Part shown: one piece after another, positions 46,783 through 56,812 of the stretch
Layout: every line of letters starts with the position of its first letter
How positions within the stretch are numbered: the stretch's first letter is position 1
Source of the DNA: an uncultured Candidatus Saccharibacteria bacterium
GTDB lineage: Bacteria; Patescibacteriota; Minisyncoccia; Phycocordibacterales; UBA9973
Assembly: GCA_964473175.1 (NCBI GenBank)
Contig: CAYYNN010000001.1
Location: 408-64,407 of the forward strand
DNA: 64,000 bases
Direction of reading: 5' to 3'
Position numbers and translations under genes: made by a program
The notes under the pieces: generated by a model
What the model was told of the DNA's origin: nothing
Databases searched by the model: none
Seen by the model: only the letters and a program-made list of their open reading frames with translations

Positions 46783-47778
46783 GTGCTCAATCCTAACCTC
46801 AAACTCAATATAAAAATATTCAACGACGATGTTGAACAAGTGCCTATCCGCAAAGGGTTTGGGGAAGGGCTTGTTGCTGCAGCAGAAAAAGATGGGCGCA
46901 TAGTGGCATTGTGTGCAGACCTGACTGAGAGTACACAGATGCATTTCTTCAAAGATAAGTTCCCAGAACGGTTTGTGGAGATAGGTGTTGCCGAACAAAA
47001 CCTTGCTACGGTTGCATCAGGTATGAGTGCGATGGGCAAGTATCCATTCTTTTCTTCGTATGCAATGTTTAGTCCTGGTCGCAACTGGGAACAGATACGA
47101 ACTACTATTTGTTATAACGACCGTCCTGCAGTTGTTGTTGGCTCACATGCTGGTATCTCAGTGGGTCCAGACGGTGGTACTCACCAAGCCATCGAAGATA
47201 TTGCACTGATGCGTGTACTACCTCGAATGACCGTGATATCACCCTGTGATGCGATACAAGCGCGCCGTGCAACACTTGCGCTCGGTGCCAAGCCTCGCAT
47301 CGCATACTTGCGCCTCGCACGAGAAAAGACTCCGATCATTACGACAGAGGAGACTCCATTTGAAATTGGAAAAGGACAAGTACTCTATCGTCCTGAAGGT
47401 ATCGCTCACGTGACTATCGTAGCCACAGGTGGGCTTGTTGCGAATGCATTGCGAGTTGCCAAAGACCTATCAGAAAAACACATCAAAGTACTTGTGATAA
47501 ACATTCACACGATCAAACCGATAGATGTCGACTTACTCATTGCATCTGCCAAAGAAACAAAAGGTATTGTTACCGTAGAAGAACACCAAATCGCTGGAGG
47601 ACTCGGGAGTGCTGTTGCAGAAGTGTTGGCACAAGCGTTCCCTGTACCTATAGAGTTCATTGGAGTACGAGATCAGTATGGTCAATCAGGTACACCCAAC
47701 CAACTCATCGAGCACTATGGCATGGGACGAGATGCAATCACAGCTGCCGTGATGAAAGTAATGGAGCGGAAAGGTTAG
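46783..47778 (+). CDS. Transketolase, C-terminal subunit
   Basis: GVAEQN, GPDGGTHQ, TVEEH..GGLGSAV. Confidence 0.93.
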   Translation: MLNPNLKLNIKIFNDDVEQVPIRKGFGEGLVAAAEKDGRIVALCADLTESTQMHFFKDKFPERFVEIGVAEQNLATVASGMSAMGKYPFFSSYAMFSPGRNWEQIRTTICYNDRPAVVVGSHAGISVGPDGGTHQAIEDIALMRVLPRMTVISPCDAIQARRATLALGAKPRIAYLRLAREKTPIITTEETPFEIGKGQVLYRPEGIAHVTIVATGGLVANALRVAKDLSEKHIKVLVINIHTIKPIDVDLLIASAKETKGIVTVEEHQIAGGLGSAVAEVLAQAFPVPIEFIGVRDQYGQSGTPNQLIEHYGMGRDAITAAVMKVMERKG

Positions 47779-48239
47779 TTCTGGGAAGGATTTTGTTCTG
47801 CAATGATTTTGACTTTTGCATACGTATGCAATTTTTCTAGGAGACCACCTATTGTTTCTTTTGCTTCTTCGAGTATTTCTTCAGGAATATTGCCGGCTTC
47901 AAACATATTAATCTTTCGTTCGTACTCTTGGAGATCACGTATTTTTTGCTGTATAAGAAGCGGTTGTGCTGGTCGAGTGGTCTCTAGGTCCGAGAGTTCT
48001 GCAGCAATTTCTGGAATCTTATCTTTTGCCTCTAAGTACCTATTGATACGAGCAGTGATTGAATATAAACGAGAAATTTCTGTTTGATAGAAGTTAAGGA
48101 TTGATTCAGCAGTAAAATGAGTAGGGTCTTTTTTTATTTCTTCAGAATATTTTTCTGAAGTAATAATTCCTTTTTCAAAATCTGTAACTTCAGGTTTTAT
48201 TTCTTTTGAGGAGATACTATCTTTGTTAAATTTTTCCAT
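47775..48239 (-). CDS. Hypothetical helical protein
   Basis: 12 nt downstream of the PfkB gene on the same strand. Confidence 0.65.
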   Translation of the reverse strand: MEKFNKDSISSKEIKPEVTDFEKGIITSEKYSEEIKKDPTHFTAESILNFYQTEISRLYSITARINRYLEAKDKIPEIAAELSDLETTRPAQPLLIQQKIRDLQEYERKINMFEAGNIPEEILEEAKETIGGLLEKLHTYAKVKIIAEQNPSQN

Positions 48240-48251
48240 AATTTTTTTTAA

Positions 48252-49244
48252 TTAAAACAACGGTCGCGGAGCATAGCTCGCAGGCGCTTCGTTGATATAT
48301 TTCTGTATTTTGTCGGCGGTAAGGAGTCCTTCTTGTGCACCAACATACTGTACGACTGACATAGAGTTGATTGGTCCCCATATGAGTGCTTCTGAAAGTG
48401 ACTTGCCCAGCAGTAGTGCCACAGACACAGTGGATGCAAATGCGTCTCCTGCACCAGTTCGTTCGTATGGATCATGTGGGTAGACCGGCATAAACCATGC
48501 TTCGACTCCATCAGACGCATATGCACCGTTGATACCATCGGTGATGACGACTATGTTTGGGCCGAGTGCATGGAGTGCTTTCATAAGCATCGGGATTTCT
48601 TTTTCATTAGTCTTGAGAATAAGCTTTGCTTCTTCGAGATTACAGAAAAATGCGTAACATTGTTGATAGATATCTTTGACAACCTCAGTACCAAGTTTGA
48701 TCTGGAATGTTCCTGGTTGGAATACCAACTTCATTTCGGGATGTGCACTACAATAGGCCGCAATTTCTTGGTGGTACTTTTCAGTGTGATCACCGAGGGA
48801 TGAGAGGTACATCATTTTTGGCGCAACGGGCACGTTGGGCATCAATACAGGAAATGCAGCATGTTTGACCAAGATAGTTCGTTCTACGCCATACCATAGG
48901 ACATAGTGGTAGTTCGTCGGGATACCTTCGTGTGCGTACACATAATGTGTGTCAACATTATTTCTCTGCAGCTCAACGATAGCTTCATCGCCATGCGTGT
49001 CCTTGCCGAGATGGGTGAGGAGAGATGCTTTGACACCGAGACGTGCAGCCGACACTGCAGCATTCGCAGAGTTGCCGACGGCGCGGATTTCTTGGACTGA
49101 TTCATAGGGAATTTTGTCGCCAAAAGAAATACAAAGTTCTTGACGCTCATGATTGATACATTCTTTAACTTCAGCTTCCTTTATGCGAATAAATGCGTCC
49201 GTCACAATGTCCCCGATGGCGAGGAAGTCAATTTGGTTTTCCAT
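48252..49244 (-). CDS. PfkB-family carbohydrate kinase
   Basis: GNSANAAVSAARLG, VITDG..GA, ERTGAGDAF. Confidence 0.9.
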   Translation of the reverse strand: MENQIDFLAIGDIVTDAFIRIKEAEVKECINHERQELCISFGDKIPYESVQEIRAVGNSANAAVSAARLGVKASLLTHLGKDTHGDEAIVELQRNNVDTHYVYAHEGIPTNYHYVLWYGVERTILVKHAAFPVLMPNVPVAPKMMYLSSLGDHTEKYHQEIAAYCSAHPEMKLVFQPGTFQIKLGTEVVKDIYQQCYAFFCNLEEAKLILKTNEKEIPMLMKALHALGPNIVVITDGINGAYASDGVEAWFMPVYPHDPYERTGAGDAFASTVSVALLLGKSLSEALIWGPINSMSVVQYVGAQEGLLTADKIQKYINEAPASYAPRPLF

Positions 49245-49297
49245 ATAGAGCGAATTATACATCATTTCAGAAAGTATATATATGCTACAATTGACCC

Positions 49298-50164
49298 ATG
49301 AAAACCCTCCGTGAGTACATCGCCGAAGCTCAAGAGAAAAAGGTCGCTATCGGTCACTTCAATTTCTCAAATATCGAAGGCCTCTATGCTATTGCGCGCG
49401 CTGCAAAAACGCTCGGAGTACCAGTAATTGCCGGACTTTCAGAAGGTGAACAAGAAGCAGTCGGTACACACCAAGCAGTTGCTCTCGTTCGTACTATCAG
49501 AGAACACTGGAACATTCCGATATTTCTAAACGCTGATCATCACTACTCATTTGCAACAGTTAAAGACGCTATTGATGCAGGGTTTGATAGTGTTATTTTT
49601 GACGGCGCAGCGCATCCTATCGAAGAAAATATTGCCATCTCAAAACAATGCGTAGAGTACGCACGACAAGTTACCTCGGAAACAGGTAGGGATGTATTTG
49701 TTGAAATCGAACTTGGATATATCGGAGAAGGCTCAAAAATGCGTGACAGTGCACCAGAAGGTGTTGCATATCTGACGAGTGCATCAGAGGCAAAGCATTT
49801 TATGGATACTACCGGCGCGGACGCGCTTGCTCCTGCAGTAGGGACATTTCACGGTATGTTGAAGACTGGACCAAAGCCACGACTCAACATCCAATGTATA
49901 CAAGACATAGGTACAGCGCTTGCTATACCACTCGTTCTCCATGGTGGAAGTGGGAACGAAGCAGATTTTGTAGCTGCAATAGATGCTGGTATCACTATTG
50001 TTCACGTCAACACCGAACTCCGTCGCGCATATACGCAAGCCCTCAAAGACTATTTGGTGAAAAACCCAGATGATATTGCTCCATACAAATATGGAAGCAA
50101 TGCATCTCTTGCGATGGAAGCAGTTGTAGCAGAGAAGCTCAAGATTTTTAATAAAATAGCATAA
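49298..50164 (+). CDS. fba: Class II fructose-bisphosphate aldolase
   Basis: NADHH, EIELG, GTFHG, LVLHGGSG. Confidence 0.92.
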   Translation: MKTLREYIAEAQEKKVAIGHFNFSNIEGLYAIARAAKTLGVPVIAGLSEGEQEAVGTHQAVALVRTIREHWNIPIFLNADHHYSFATVKDAIDAGFDSVIFDGAAHPIEENIAISKQCVEYARQVTSETGRDVFVEIELGYIGEGSKMRDSAPEGVAYLTSASEAKHFMDTTGADALAPAVGTFHGMLKTGPKPRLNIQCIQDIGTALAIPLVLHGGSGNEADFVAAIDAGITIVHVNTELRRAYTQALKDYLVKNPDDIAPYKYGSNASLAMEAVVAEKLKIFNKIA

Positions 50165-50168
50165 TACT

Positions 50169-51848
50169 ATGGAACTATTTCTCGAAGAATTAAAAAAAAC
50201 ATTTAAGGGCGATATTGCAACAGACACTGCAAGTCTGGACAAGGCGTCACGCGACGCAAGTCTTTTTGAAATGAGACCAACTGTTGTTGTTTTCCCCAAA
50301 GACAGCGCTGATGTGCAGTCGCTCGTCAAACTCGTTGCTGAAAAAAAGATAACAGACCCTACACTTTCTGTGACTGTCCGTGCAGCAGGGACATGTATGA
50401 GCGGAGGACCACTCAATGAATCGATCATTATGGACACTACTCGATATATGGCAGGCACACTTGTAGTCAATGCATCTGAAAAATGGGCAAAAGTATTGCC
50501 AGGAACATACTATCGAGATTTTGATGTTGAAACCAAAAAAGCTGGACTCATCATGCCTGCATACACTGCCTCACGGGAACTCTGTACTGTCGGCGGTATG
50601 GTCGCAAACAATTCAGGAGGTGAGAAATCTATTCAATACGGTAAAACTGAGAATTATATACGAGAACTCAAGGTAGTGTTTCGTGATGGCTATGAGTACA
50701 CCGTGCGGCCAATGACACGCAAAGAACTCATGGTAAAGATAGCTGAGGTTGGGTTTGAAGCAGATATGTACAAGGCGCTCTACAAACTAATCACCGAAAA
50801 CACCAAGACGATCATGAGCGCAAAGCCTGATGTGAGCAAAAACTCAGCAGGGTATTATTTGTGGAATGTGTGGGATCCGGCAACAGAGATGTTTGATCTA
50901 TGTAAATTGATCGTGGGAAGTCAGGGGACACTTGGTATTGTTACTGAAATAACATTCAACCTTGTTCCGGTCAAAAAGTTCTCAACGCTGTGTGTTGTCT
51001 TTCTCAAAGATATGAGCAATATTGGCAAGATAGTAAACGTTGCACTCACGCAGCACCCAGAAAGTATTGAAAGTTATGATGACAACACATTAAAAGTTGC
51101 CGTAAAATTCTTTGGGGATTTTTTGAAAAAGAAAAAGATCATCGGTATGATCAAGTTTATGTTCTCGTTTCTTCCTGAGTTTTTCATGACGCTGGCTGGA
51201 GGAATCCCAAAGATGGTGTTACTGATTGAATTTGCGGGCAATGATTTTGATGAAATAGAAGCAAAAGCATTGTCGTTATCTCGAGTACTCAAGGATCAGT
51301 TCAAGGTCTTGACACATGTCACGCACTCAGAAGCTGAAGAAAGTAAATATTGGGATGTGCGACATGAAAGTTTCAATTTACTCCGCAAGCATGTCAGCGG
51401 CAAGCACACCGCCCCGTTCATCGATGACTTTGTTGTCAAACCAGAATTTCTGCCAGAGTTTTTACCAAAACTTGATACCATTTTGAAAAAATACGATCTG
51501 ACCTACACGATTGCAGGACATCCAGGAGATGGGAACTTCCACATTATTCCGTTGATGGATCTCAAGAATCCGAAGACTCGGGATATTATCCTCACACTTT
51601 CTGATGAAGTGTATGATCTTGTATTAGAATACCGAGGATCTATTACTGCCGAGCACAACGACGGCATTATCCGAAGTTCGTATCTCGAAAAACAATATGG
51701 GTCTATTGTTACTGATTTATTCAAAGAAACAAAAGATATATTTGACCCAAAAGGAATGTTTAATCCGCACAAAAAAGTAGGTGTCACCAAGGATGATATC
51801 GCCAAATATCTCAGCAAGGGGGATTATGGAGAGGCAACCAAGAAATAG
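50169..51848 (+). CDS. FAD-linked oxidase (D-lactate dehydrogenase/GlcD-like)
   Basis: RAAGTCMSGG, TVGGMVANNSGG, GSQGTLG, GHPGDGNFH, SITAEHNDG, FNPHK. Confidence 0.88.
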   Translation: MELFLEELKKTFKGDIATDTASLDKASRDASLFEMRPTVVVFPKDSADVQSLVKLVAEKKITDPTLSVTVRAAGTCMSGGPLNESIIMDTTRYMAGTLVVNASEKWAKVLPGTYYRDFDVETKKAGLIMPAYTASRELCTVGGMVANNSGGEKSIQYGKTENYIRELKVVFRDGYEYTVRPMTRKELMVKIAEVGFEADMYKALYKLITENTKTIMSAKPDVSKNSAGYYLWNVWDPATEMFDLCKLIVGSQGTLGIVTEITFNLVPVKKFSTLCVVFLKDMSNIGKIVNVALTQHPESIESYDDNTLKVAVKFFGDFLKKKKIIGMIKFMFSFLPEFFMTLAGGIPKMVLLIEFAGNDFDEIEAKALSLSRVLKDQFKVLTHVTHSEAEESKYWDVRHESFNLLRKHVSGKHTAPFIDDFVVKPEFLPEFLPKLDTILKKYDLTYTIAGHPGDGNFHIIPLMDLKNPKTRDIILTLSDEVYDLVLEYRGSITAEHNDGIIRSSYLEKQYGSIVTDLFKETKDIFDPKGMFNPHKKVGVTKDDIAKYLSKGDYGEATKK

Positions 51849-51920
51849 GACATTTATACATTTTGTCAATATATCCATATATTTTACAAAAACACACTTA
51901 TTGTGTATAGTATCCCCACT

Positions 51921-52559
51921 ATGATTACATTAGCTGCAACAAAAAGAGACGCGAGCAACACTACTGCTTTGCGAACAGAAGATAAAATAGCTGCCGTTTA
52001 CTACGGTATGGGCAATGACGCAGTGTCTATCGCGGTAAATATGAAAGAGTTTACAAAAGTGCTGAAAACAGCAGGAGAAACCACCGCTGTTACACTTGAT
52101 GTTGATGGTGAAAAAGTCACCACGATGATTCATGATATGCAGCATCATCCGATCACAGGGACAGTGACCCATGTAGATTTCCTTGTTATTGATATGAAAA
52201 AAGAGATCGAAGTGGCAATTCCTATTGAATTTACCGGTCTCGCTGAAGCTGAAAAAGGAAATCTTGGTACGCTTGTAAAAATGATGCATGAAGTAATGGT
52301 TCGGGCCCTCCCAAATGATCTACCAAATATGTTCACTGTTGATGTCACTACACTTGCAACACTAGATGCACAAATCCATGTAAGTGATATCGTACTTCCA
52401 AAAGGAGTGATTATGATTACCGATGGTGAAGAAGTTGTCGCTGGAATGGCTGCATTCGTAGAAGAAAAAGAAGAAGCGCCTACTGCAATCGACTTTGATG
52501 CTATCAAGGTAGAAGAAAAAGGTAAGAAAGAAGATGAGGGAGAAGCTGCAGCTGAATAA
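51921..52559 (+). CDS. rplY: 50S ribosomal protein L25/Ctc
   Basis: IAAVYYG, QHHP..HVDF, IHVSDI, acidic tail. Confidence 0.92.
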   Translation: MITLAATKRDASNTTALRTEDKIAAVYYGMGNDAVSIAVNMKEFTKVLKTAGETTAVTLDVDGEKVTTMIHDMQHHPITGTVTHVDFLVIDMKKEIEVAIPIEFTGLAEAEKGNLGTLVKMMHEVMVRALPNDLPNMFTVDVTTLATLDAQIHVSDIVLPKGVIMITDGEEVVAGMAAFVEEKEEAPTAIDFDAIKVEEKGKKEDEGEAAAE

Positions 52560-52607
52560 TATTCAGAAATACACAACACCCTTTTATAAAATCAATAGAT
52601 TTCAATG

Positions 52608-52635
52608 TAAGACTCCTGGTATACTAGGAGTCTTA
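52608..52635. promoter_or_regulatory. Perfect inverted repeat enclosing a -10 element
   Basis: TAAGACTCCT-GGTATACT-AGGAGTCTTA. Confidence 0.6.
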
Positions 52636-52640
52636 TTGTT

Positions 52641-54038
52641 ATGCAGAAGAAAACAAATTCGAAAATATTTCAAAAGATACTAGCCGCGACAATAGTAATG
52701 CTCACTGTCGCATCATGTTTTTTCTCCTATGTGCCAACTGTTACCGCAGCTGAGGCACAACCTGCAGTATGTGCGAACCCTACATCAGAAGATATTGCTC
52801 AAGCATGCCGGGATTTTGCGACTGAAAGTGTTAAACTCAAAGAACTACAAACACAACTCGCAACACAAAAATCAAAAAGTGGGGCACTTCAGACAAATGT
52901 AAATGCGATTATTTCTCAGATTAACTCAACTCAGAACAAGATTAAGGACAAAATCTCTTCTATTGGACTACTCTCTCAACAAATTGGCGAAAAGCAAAAA
53001 GCAATCACGAGCCTTTCGAGTGAGCTCGATCGTGAGCATGCATCAATGCAACAACTTATTAAACGAACAAATGAAATAGATCAAAAAGGTGCAGCGTTTG
53101 TTGTGTTGTCGGCCCAAACCGTTACTGATTTTTATCAAGATTTAGATGATTTCCTTGCTGTTAAAAAATCCTTGTATTCATCACTAGATAAAATAAAAAA
53201 TATACGCTCATCTACACAACTACAAAAGAACCAATTAGAAGATAAACAATCGCAAGCCAAAGATGCAAAAAATGCACTGGAGAGTGAGAAAAGTAAACTT
53301 GCAACAAATCAAAAAGATGCAAAAGTACTCCTTGATACGAGTAAAACAGAAGAGCAGCGTGTAGCATCTACTGTTGCCGAACAGCAAAAGAAAGTTGCAG
53401 CAATTCAAAGTAAACTCTTTAGTTTTGCTGGAGGAGCAACAAAAGCTATCCAGTTCAAGGATGCGTATGTGTACGCTCAAGAAGCGTCAGCAGCTACAGG
53501 TGTTCGTCCTGCACTTATATTGGCCATCTTGACCCAAGAATCAAACCTTGGAGCAAACGTCGGTACCTGTAATCGAGCGGGAGATCCACCATCAAAGAGT
53601 TGGGTAAATGTTATGCACCCTACGCGAGACCAACCGGCATTTAAGCGAATAACTAGTGCGCTTGGTATTGACCCAAACACAACACCAGTATCGTGTCCGT
53701 ACGGCGGAGGATATGGAGGAGCTATGGGGCCTTCACAGTTCATCCCTTCAACATGGGAAATGTATCAAGGGAAGGTTGCTGTAGCGCTTGGAAAACCATC
53801 GGCAAACCCCTGGATTGCACGAGATGCTATTATGGCTACAGGAATGCTTATGAAGGCAAATGGAGCTGTAGGAGGGGAGGCAGGTGAGCGTAATGCGGCT
53901 TGTCGATACTATTCGGGTCGGTCTTGTGACGGCAAGAAGCCTCTTAATAGTTTCTACGGAAACTCAGTTATGGCACTTGCTCGTACCGTGCAGTCAGATA
54001 TTGACTATCTCGTACAATATGGTGTTTCCAGAAGGTAG
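52641..54038 (+). CDS. Coiled-coil protein with C-terminal lytic murein transglycosylase
   Basis: Signal; long heptad region; AILTQESNLG..GAMGPSQFIPSTW..NPW..DAI. Confidence 0.85.
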   Translation: MQKKTNSKIFQKILAATIVMLTVASCFFSYVPTVTAAEAQPAVCANPTSEDIAQACRDFATESVKLKELQTQLATQKSKSGALQTNVNAIISQINSTQNKIKDKISSIGLLSQQIGEKQKAITSLSSELDREHASMQQLIKRTNEIDQKGAAFVVLSAQTVTDFYQDLDDFLAVKKSLYSSLDKIKNIRSSTQLQKNQLEDKQSQAKDAKNALESEKSKLATNQKDAKVLLDTSKTEEQRVASTVAEQQKKVAAIQSKLFSFAGGATKAIQFKDAYVYAQEASAATGVRPALILAILTQESNLGANVGTCNRAGDPPSKSWVNVMHPTRDQPAFKRITSALGIDPNTTPVSCPYGGGYGGAMGPSQFIPSTWEMYQGKVAVALGKPSANPWIARDAIMATGMLMKANGAVGGEAGERNAACRYYSGRSCDGKKPLNSFYGNSVMALARTVQSDIDYLVQYGVSRR

Positions 54039-54103
54039 TATATCGAGAAAACCGATTGATTGGAGGGCTTGAGAAATAAAAAGCTTGTGCTATACTAACA
54101 GCC

Positions 54104-54355
54104 ATGAAAAAAGACATTCACCCAAAGAATTTCCGCGACGTCGTCTTTGTCGACAACTCTTCAGACGCACAGTTTTTGATCGGTTCTACAGTCAAAACTA
54201 CTGAAAAGACTACTTATAACGGCAAAGAGTACGATTTGTATCGTGTTGAAATCTCAAGCGCATCACATCCGTTTTATACCGGTAACGAAAAGGTTATCGA
54301 CACTGCTGGACGTGTAGATCGTTTCAAAAAGCGAGCTGCAGCTGCAAAAAAGTAA
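54104..54355 (+). CDS. rpmE2: 50S ribosomal protein L31 type B
   Basis: [30 protein letters not shown]; no Cys. Confidence 0.95.
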   Translation: MKKDIHPKNFRDVVFVDNSSDAQFLIGSTVKTTEKTTYNGKEYDLYRVEISSASHPFYTGNEKVIDTAGRVDRFKKRAAAAKK

Positions 54356-54363
54356 TGCACAGT

Positions 54364-54449
54364 CGCCTTACCGGGCACAACTATTTTCTTCGAAAACTTG
54401 AGCAATGCTCTCAAACAGTTCTCCGAAAATAATTGTGCCCGTTTCGGCG
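54364..54449. repeat. REP-like palindromic element, copy 1
   Basis: CGGGCACAACTATTTTC...GAAAATAATTGTGCCCG hairpin around GAAAACT-N-CTCAAACAGTTCTC. Confidence 0.75.
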
Positions 54450-54462
54450 TGTAACTGATCAT

Positions 54463-55398
54463 ATGGATATAGAAACATTAAAAAAGAATCCAAAGACGCA
54501 ATACATCGCCTCAGAATACGAGCGTCTTTTGAAACAAGAAGATGAGGTCAATGCGATGATTGCCAGTGATGCATCAATGACCGATATCGCAGCCGAAGAA
54601 CTCGCATCTCTCGCTGTGCAAAAATCAGCACTTGAGGATCAAATCAAGGCAATAGAAGATGGTGAAAAAGAGGAGGAAGAGTTCCCCAATGAAATCATTC
54701 TCGAAGCTCGCGCAGGTGCAGGCGGAGATGAGGCATCACTTTTCGCCACAGAACTCATCGCTATGTATGAACGTTTTTCAGAAACACGTAAATGGTCCGC
54801 AAAACATCTTGATGAATACACACTTGAGATCAAAGGGAAAGATGTTTATAAGCTTATGCGTTTTGAGACAGGGGTCCATCGCGTGCAACGTGTGCCAGTA
54901 ACTGAAAAGAATGGGCGCATCCACACGTCGACTGCATCAATCGCAATTTTACCTATCCGCAAGAAAGTAAAGTTTGAGATCAACCCCGTTGATCTTGATA
55001 TGGAATACTCACGTTCAGGGGGAGCAGGAGGGCAGAACGTCAACAAAGTCGAGACCGCGGTACGACTAATCCATCGACCAACCGGTATCGATGTACGTTC
55101 CACGAGCGAGCGTAGTCAGCTCGCCAACCGCGAGAAGGCACTCATGATCCTCACCGCAAAACTCCAAGCGCTCAAAGAAGAAGAAGAAGCTCAGAAATAC
55201 TCCGGTGATCGCAAAAACCAGATCGGAACTGCAGATCGTAGTGAAAAGATCCGCACCTACAACTTCCCACAAGACCGCGTCACTGACCACCGCATCCGTC
55301 AGAACTTCTCTAACATCGAAGGTATTATGTTGGGCAAGATAGACAAGATCATTGATGCAATGCAGGTGGGAGAAGTCGGGGAGGCTGAAGAGGAATAA
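54463..55398 (+). CDS. prfA: Peptide chain release factor 1
   Basis: RVQRVPVTE (PxT), [24 protein letters not shown]. Confidence 0.93.
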   Translation: MDIETLKKNPKTQYIASEYERLLKQEDEVNAMIASDASMTDIAAEELASLAVQKSALEDQIKAIEDGEKEEEEFPNEIILEARAGAGGDEASLFATELIAMYERFSETRKWSAKHLDEYTLEIKGKDVYKLMRFETGVHRVQRVPVTEKNGRIHTSTASIAILPIRKKVKFEINPVDLDMEYSRSGGAGGQNVNKVETAVRLIHRPTGIDVRSTSERSQLANREKALMILTAKLQALKEEEEAQKYSGDRKNQIGTADRSEKIRTYNFPQDRVTDHRIRQNFSNIEGIMLGKIDKIIDAMQVGEVGEAEEE

Positions 55399-55406
55399 TC
55401 GAGCGA

Positions 55407-55468
55407 GAAGTAATTATTTTTGGAGAACTGTTTGAGCAAGGCGAGTTTTCGGAAAAAATAATTGTTTC
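55407..55468. repeat. REP-like palindromic element, copy 2 (inverted relative to copy 1)
   Basis: Its reverse complement caattattttttccgaaaactcgccttgctcaaacagttctccaaaaataatta aligns with 54378-54434. Confidence 0.75.
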
Positions 55469-55527
55469 GAGTAAAGATTATTCCAAGCTTGAAAAACATT
55501 GAAAATTTGGTATAGTAATGCCACCAC

Positions 55528-55599
55528 GCGTGTATAGTTCAGTGGTAGAACGCTGTCCTGATAAGACAGAGGTCCATGGTTCGATTCCATGTACACGCA
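55528..55599 (+). tRNA. tRNA-Ile (anticodon GAT), CCA not encoded
   Basis: GCGTGTA/TACACGC acceptor stem, CTGTC-CTGATAA-GACAG anticodon arm, GTTCGAT T-loop. Confidence 0.95.
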
Positions 55600-55601
55600 C
55601 T

Positions 55602-55871
55602 ATGAATATGGAAGGATTTCCACAACCACAGCCCATTGAAAAAGAACCACTTCATGTAGGTAACCTTTTAGAGGTCGGAAAAGCCTGGAAGATGGTGTTA
55701 CTTAACGAAGGAGAACCAGTATTACCAATAACAAAAGAAGCAGCAGCGTTTTATATTGAGAAGCTTGAAGAATTAAAAACTATCGCACAGAAAGAATTTG
55801 CTCCAGGAGAAAAAGAAGCATATGAAGAACGGTTGGGTGCGTATATTGAAAAGCTTAAACAGGTTGCATAG
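55602..55871 (+). CDS. Hypothetical protein abutting tRNA-Ile
   Basis: ATG 2 nt after the tRNA discriminator; the ORF-track start (55518) runs through the tRNA and is rejected. Confidence 0.65.
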   Translation: MNMEGFPQPQPIEKEPLHVGNLLEVGKAWKMVLLNEGEPVLPITKEAAAFYIEKLEELKTIAQKEFAPGEKEAYEERLGAYIEKLKQVA

Positions 55872-55874
55872 CCT

Positions 55875-56570
55875 ATGATACTCAGCGTTGTCGCAACTCC
55901 TATAGGTAACCTCGCAGACTGCTCACCGCGCGCACGAGAGGTCCTTACACAGGCAACGCTCATAGTTGCAGAGGATACACGTACAACAGGGCAATTGCTC
56001 AAGCTTTTAGGGATTGGAGGAGAGAGAAAGGAGTATGTGTCCAGTCATGCACAATCGAGCGATACAGCACTTGCCAGGGCCCTGGAGCGCTGTAGTGAAC
56101 ACGAATACATCACACTGGTCACTGATGCGGGAACGCCAGCAATATCTGATCCCGGATCGCTGTTTATAGATCAATTTCGTACGATGTATCCAGATGCAAC
56201 TGTTGTGCCTATTCCAGGACCTGCTGCGGTGGTATCAGCATTATCAGTGAGCGGATTTCCAGGTAGTCATTTTGAATTCTTGGGATTTCTTCCTCATAAA
56301 AAAGGACGACAAACGCTGTTTGAGAAAATAAAAAGTACAGAACATACAGTCCTACTCTATGAATCTCCGCATCGTATACTCAAGACCTTGGAGTCACTCA
56401 AAGATTCCCTCGGTGAGCGCCAGATCATGGTTGGGCGTGAGATGACCAAAACGTTTGAGGAGTACCCCAGAGGTACGTCAGCTGAGATGCTTGAGTACTA
56501 TATGGCACACCCAGACAAGGTGCGAGGCGAGTTTGTGGTCGTTATCGCACCCCTCTATCATCGCGCGTAA
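55875..56570 (+). CDS. rsmI: 16S rRNA Cm1402 methyltransferase
   Basis: VATPIGNL.D, AEDTR, DAGTP.ISDPG, YESPHR, REMTK.FEE, RGEFV. Confidence 0.95.
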   Translation: MILSVVATPIGNLADCSPRAREVLTQATLIVAEDTRTTGQLLKLLGIGGERKEYVSSHAQSSDTALARALERCSEHEYITLVTDAGTPAISDPGSLFIDQFRTMYPDATVVPIPGPAAVVSALSVSGFPGSHFEFLGFLPHKKGRQTLFEKIKSTEHTVLLYESPHRILKTLESLKDSLGERQIMVGREMTKTFEEYPRGTSAEMLEYYMAHPDKVRGEFVVVIAPLYHRA

Positions 56571-56590
56571 AAGTTTGGTAAAATAGGTCT

Positions 56591-56812
56591 ATGATAGCTA
56601 GACTTCGTGCAGTATTATGGATCGGAATTGTACTGTTGTTTGTGCCATTTTTAGGTGTACCAGATTGGCTCCGAACCATAGTAATAATAACGATTGGTGT
56701 CGTACTTATTTACATCTTTTATACACTTAGACGTTCCTATAAAAAACTGAAATTTGAACTTCGACAAGGCGTAAGTGCTCCAGTAGAAAACTCATCAATT
56801 ATTCATGGATAA
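56591..56812 (+). CDS. Small two-TM membrane protein
   Basis: Two hydrophobic helices; TGgTAAAAT 6 nt upstream. Confidence 0.65.
   Translation: MIARLRAVLWIGIVLLFVPFLGVPDWLRTIVIITIGVVLIYIFYTLRRSYKKLKFELRQGVSAPVENSSIIHG

Noticed and set aside
46285-50470. Long antisense ORFs in the ORF track (46285-46998, 49784-50470, and similar elsewhere)
   Set aside because: They lie opposite well-supported genes and have no recognisable motifs; treated as shadow ORFs.
55518-55601. N-terminal extension of the 117-aa ORF
   Set aside because: Overlaps the tRNA-Ile gene; the true start is 55602 or 55608.
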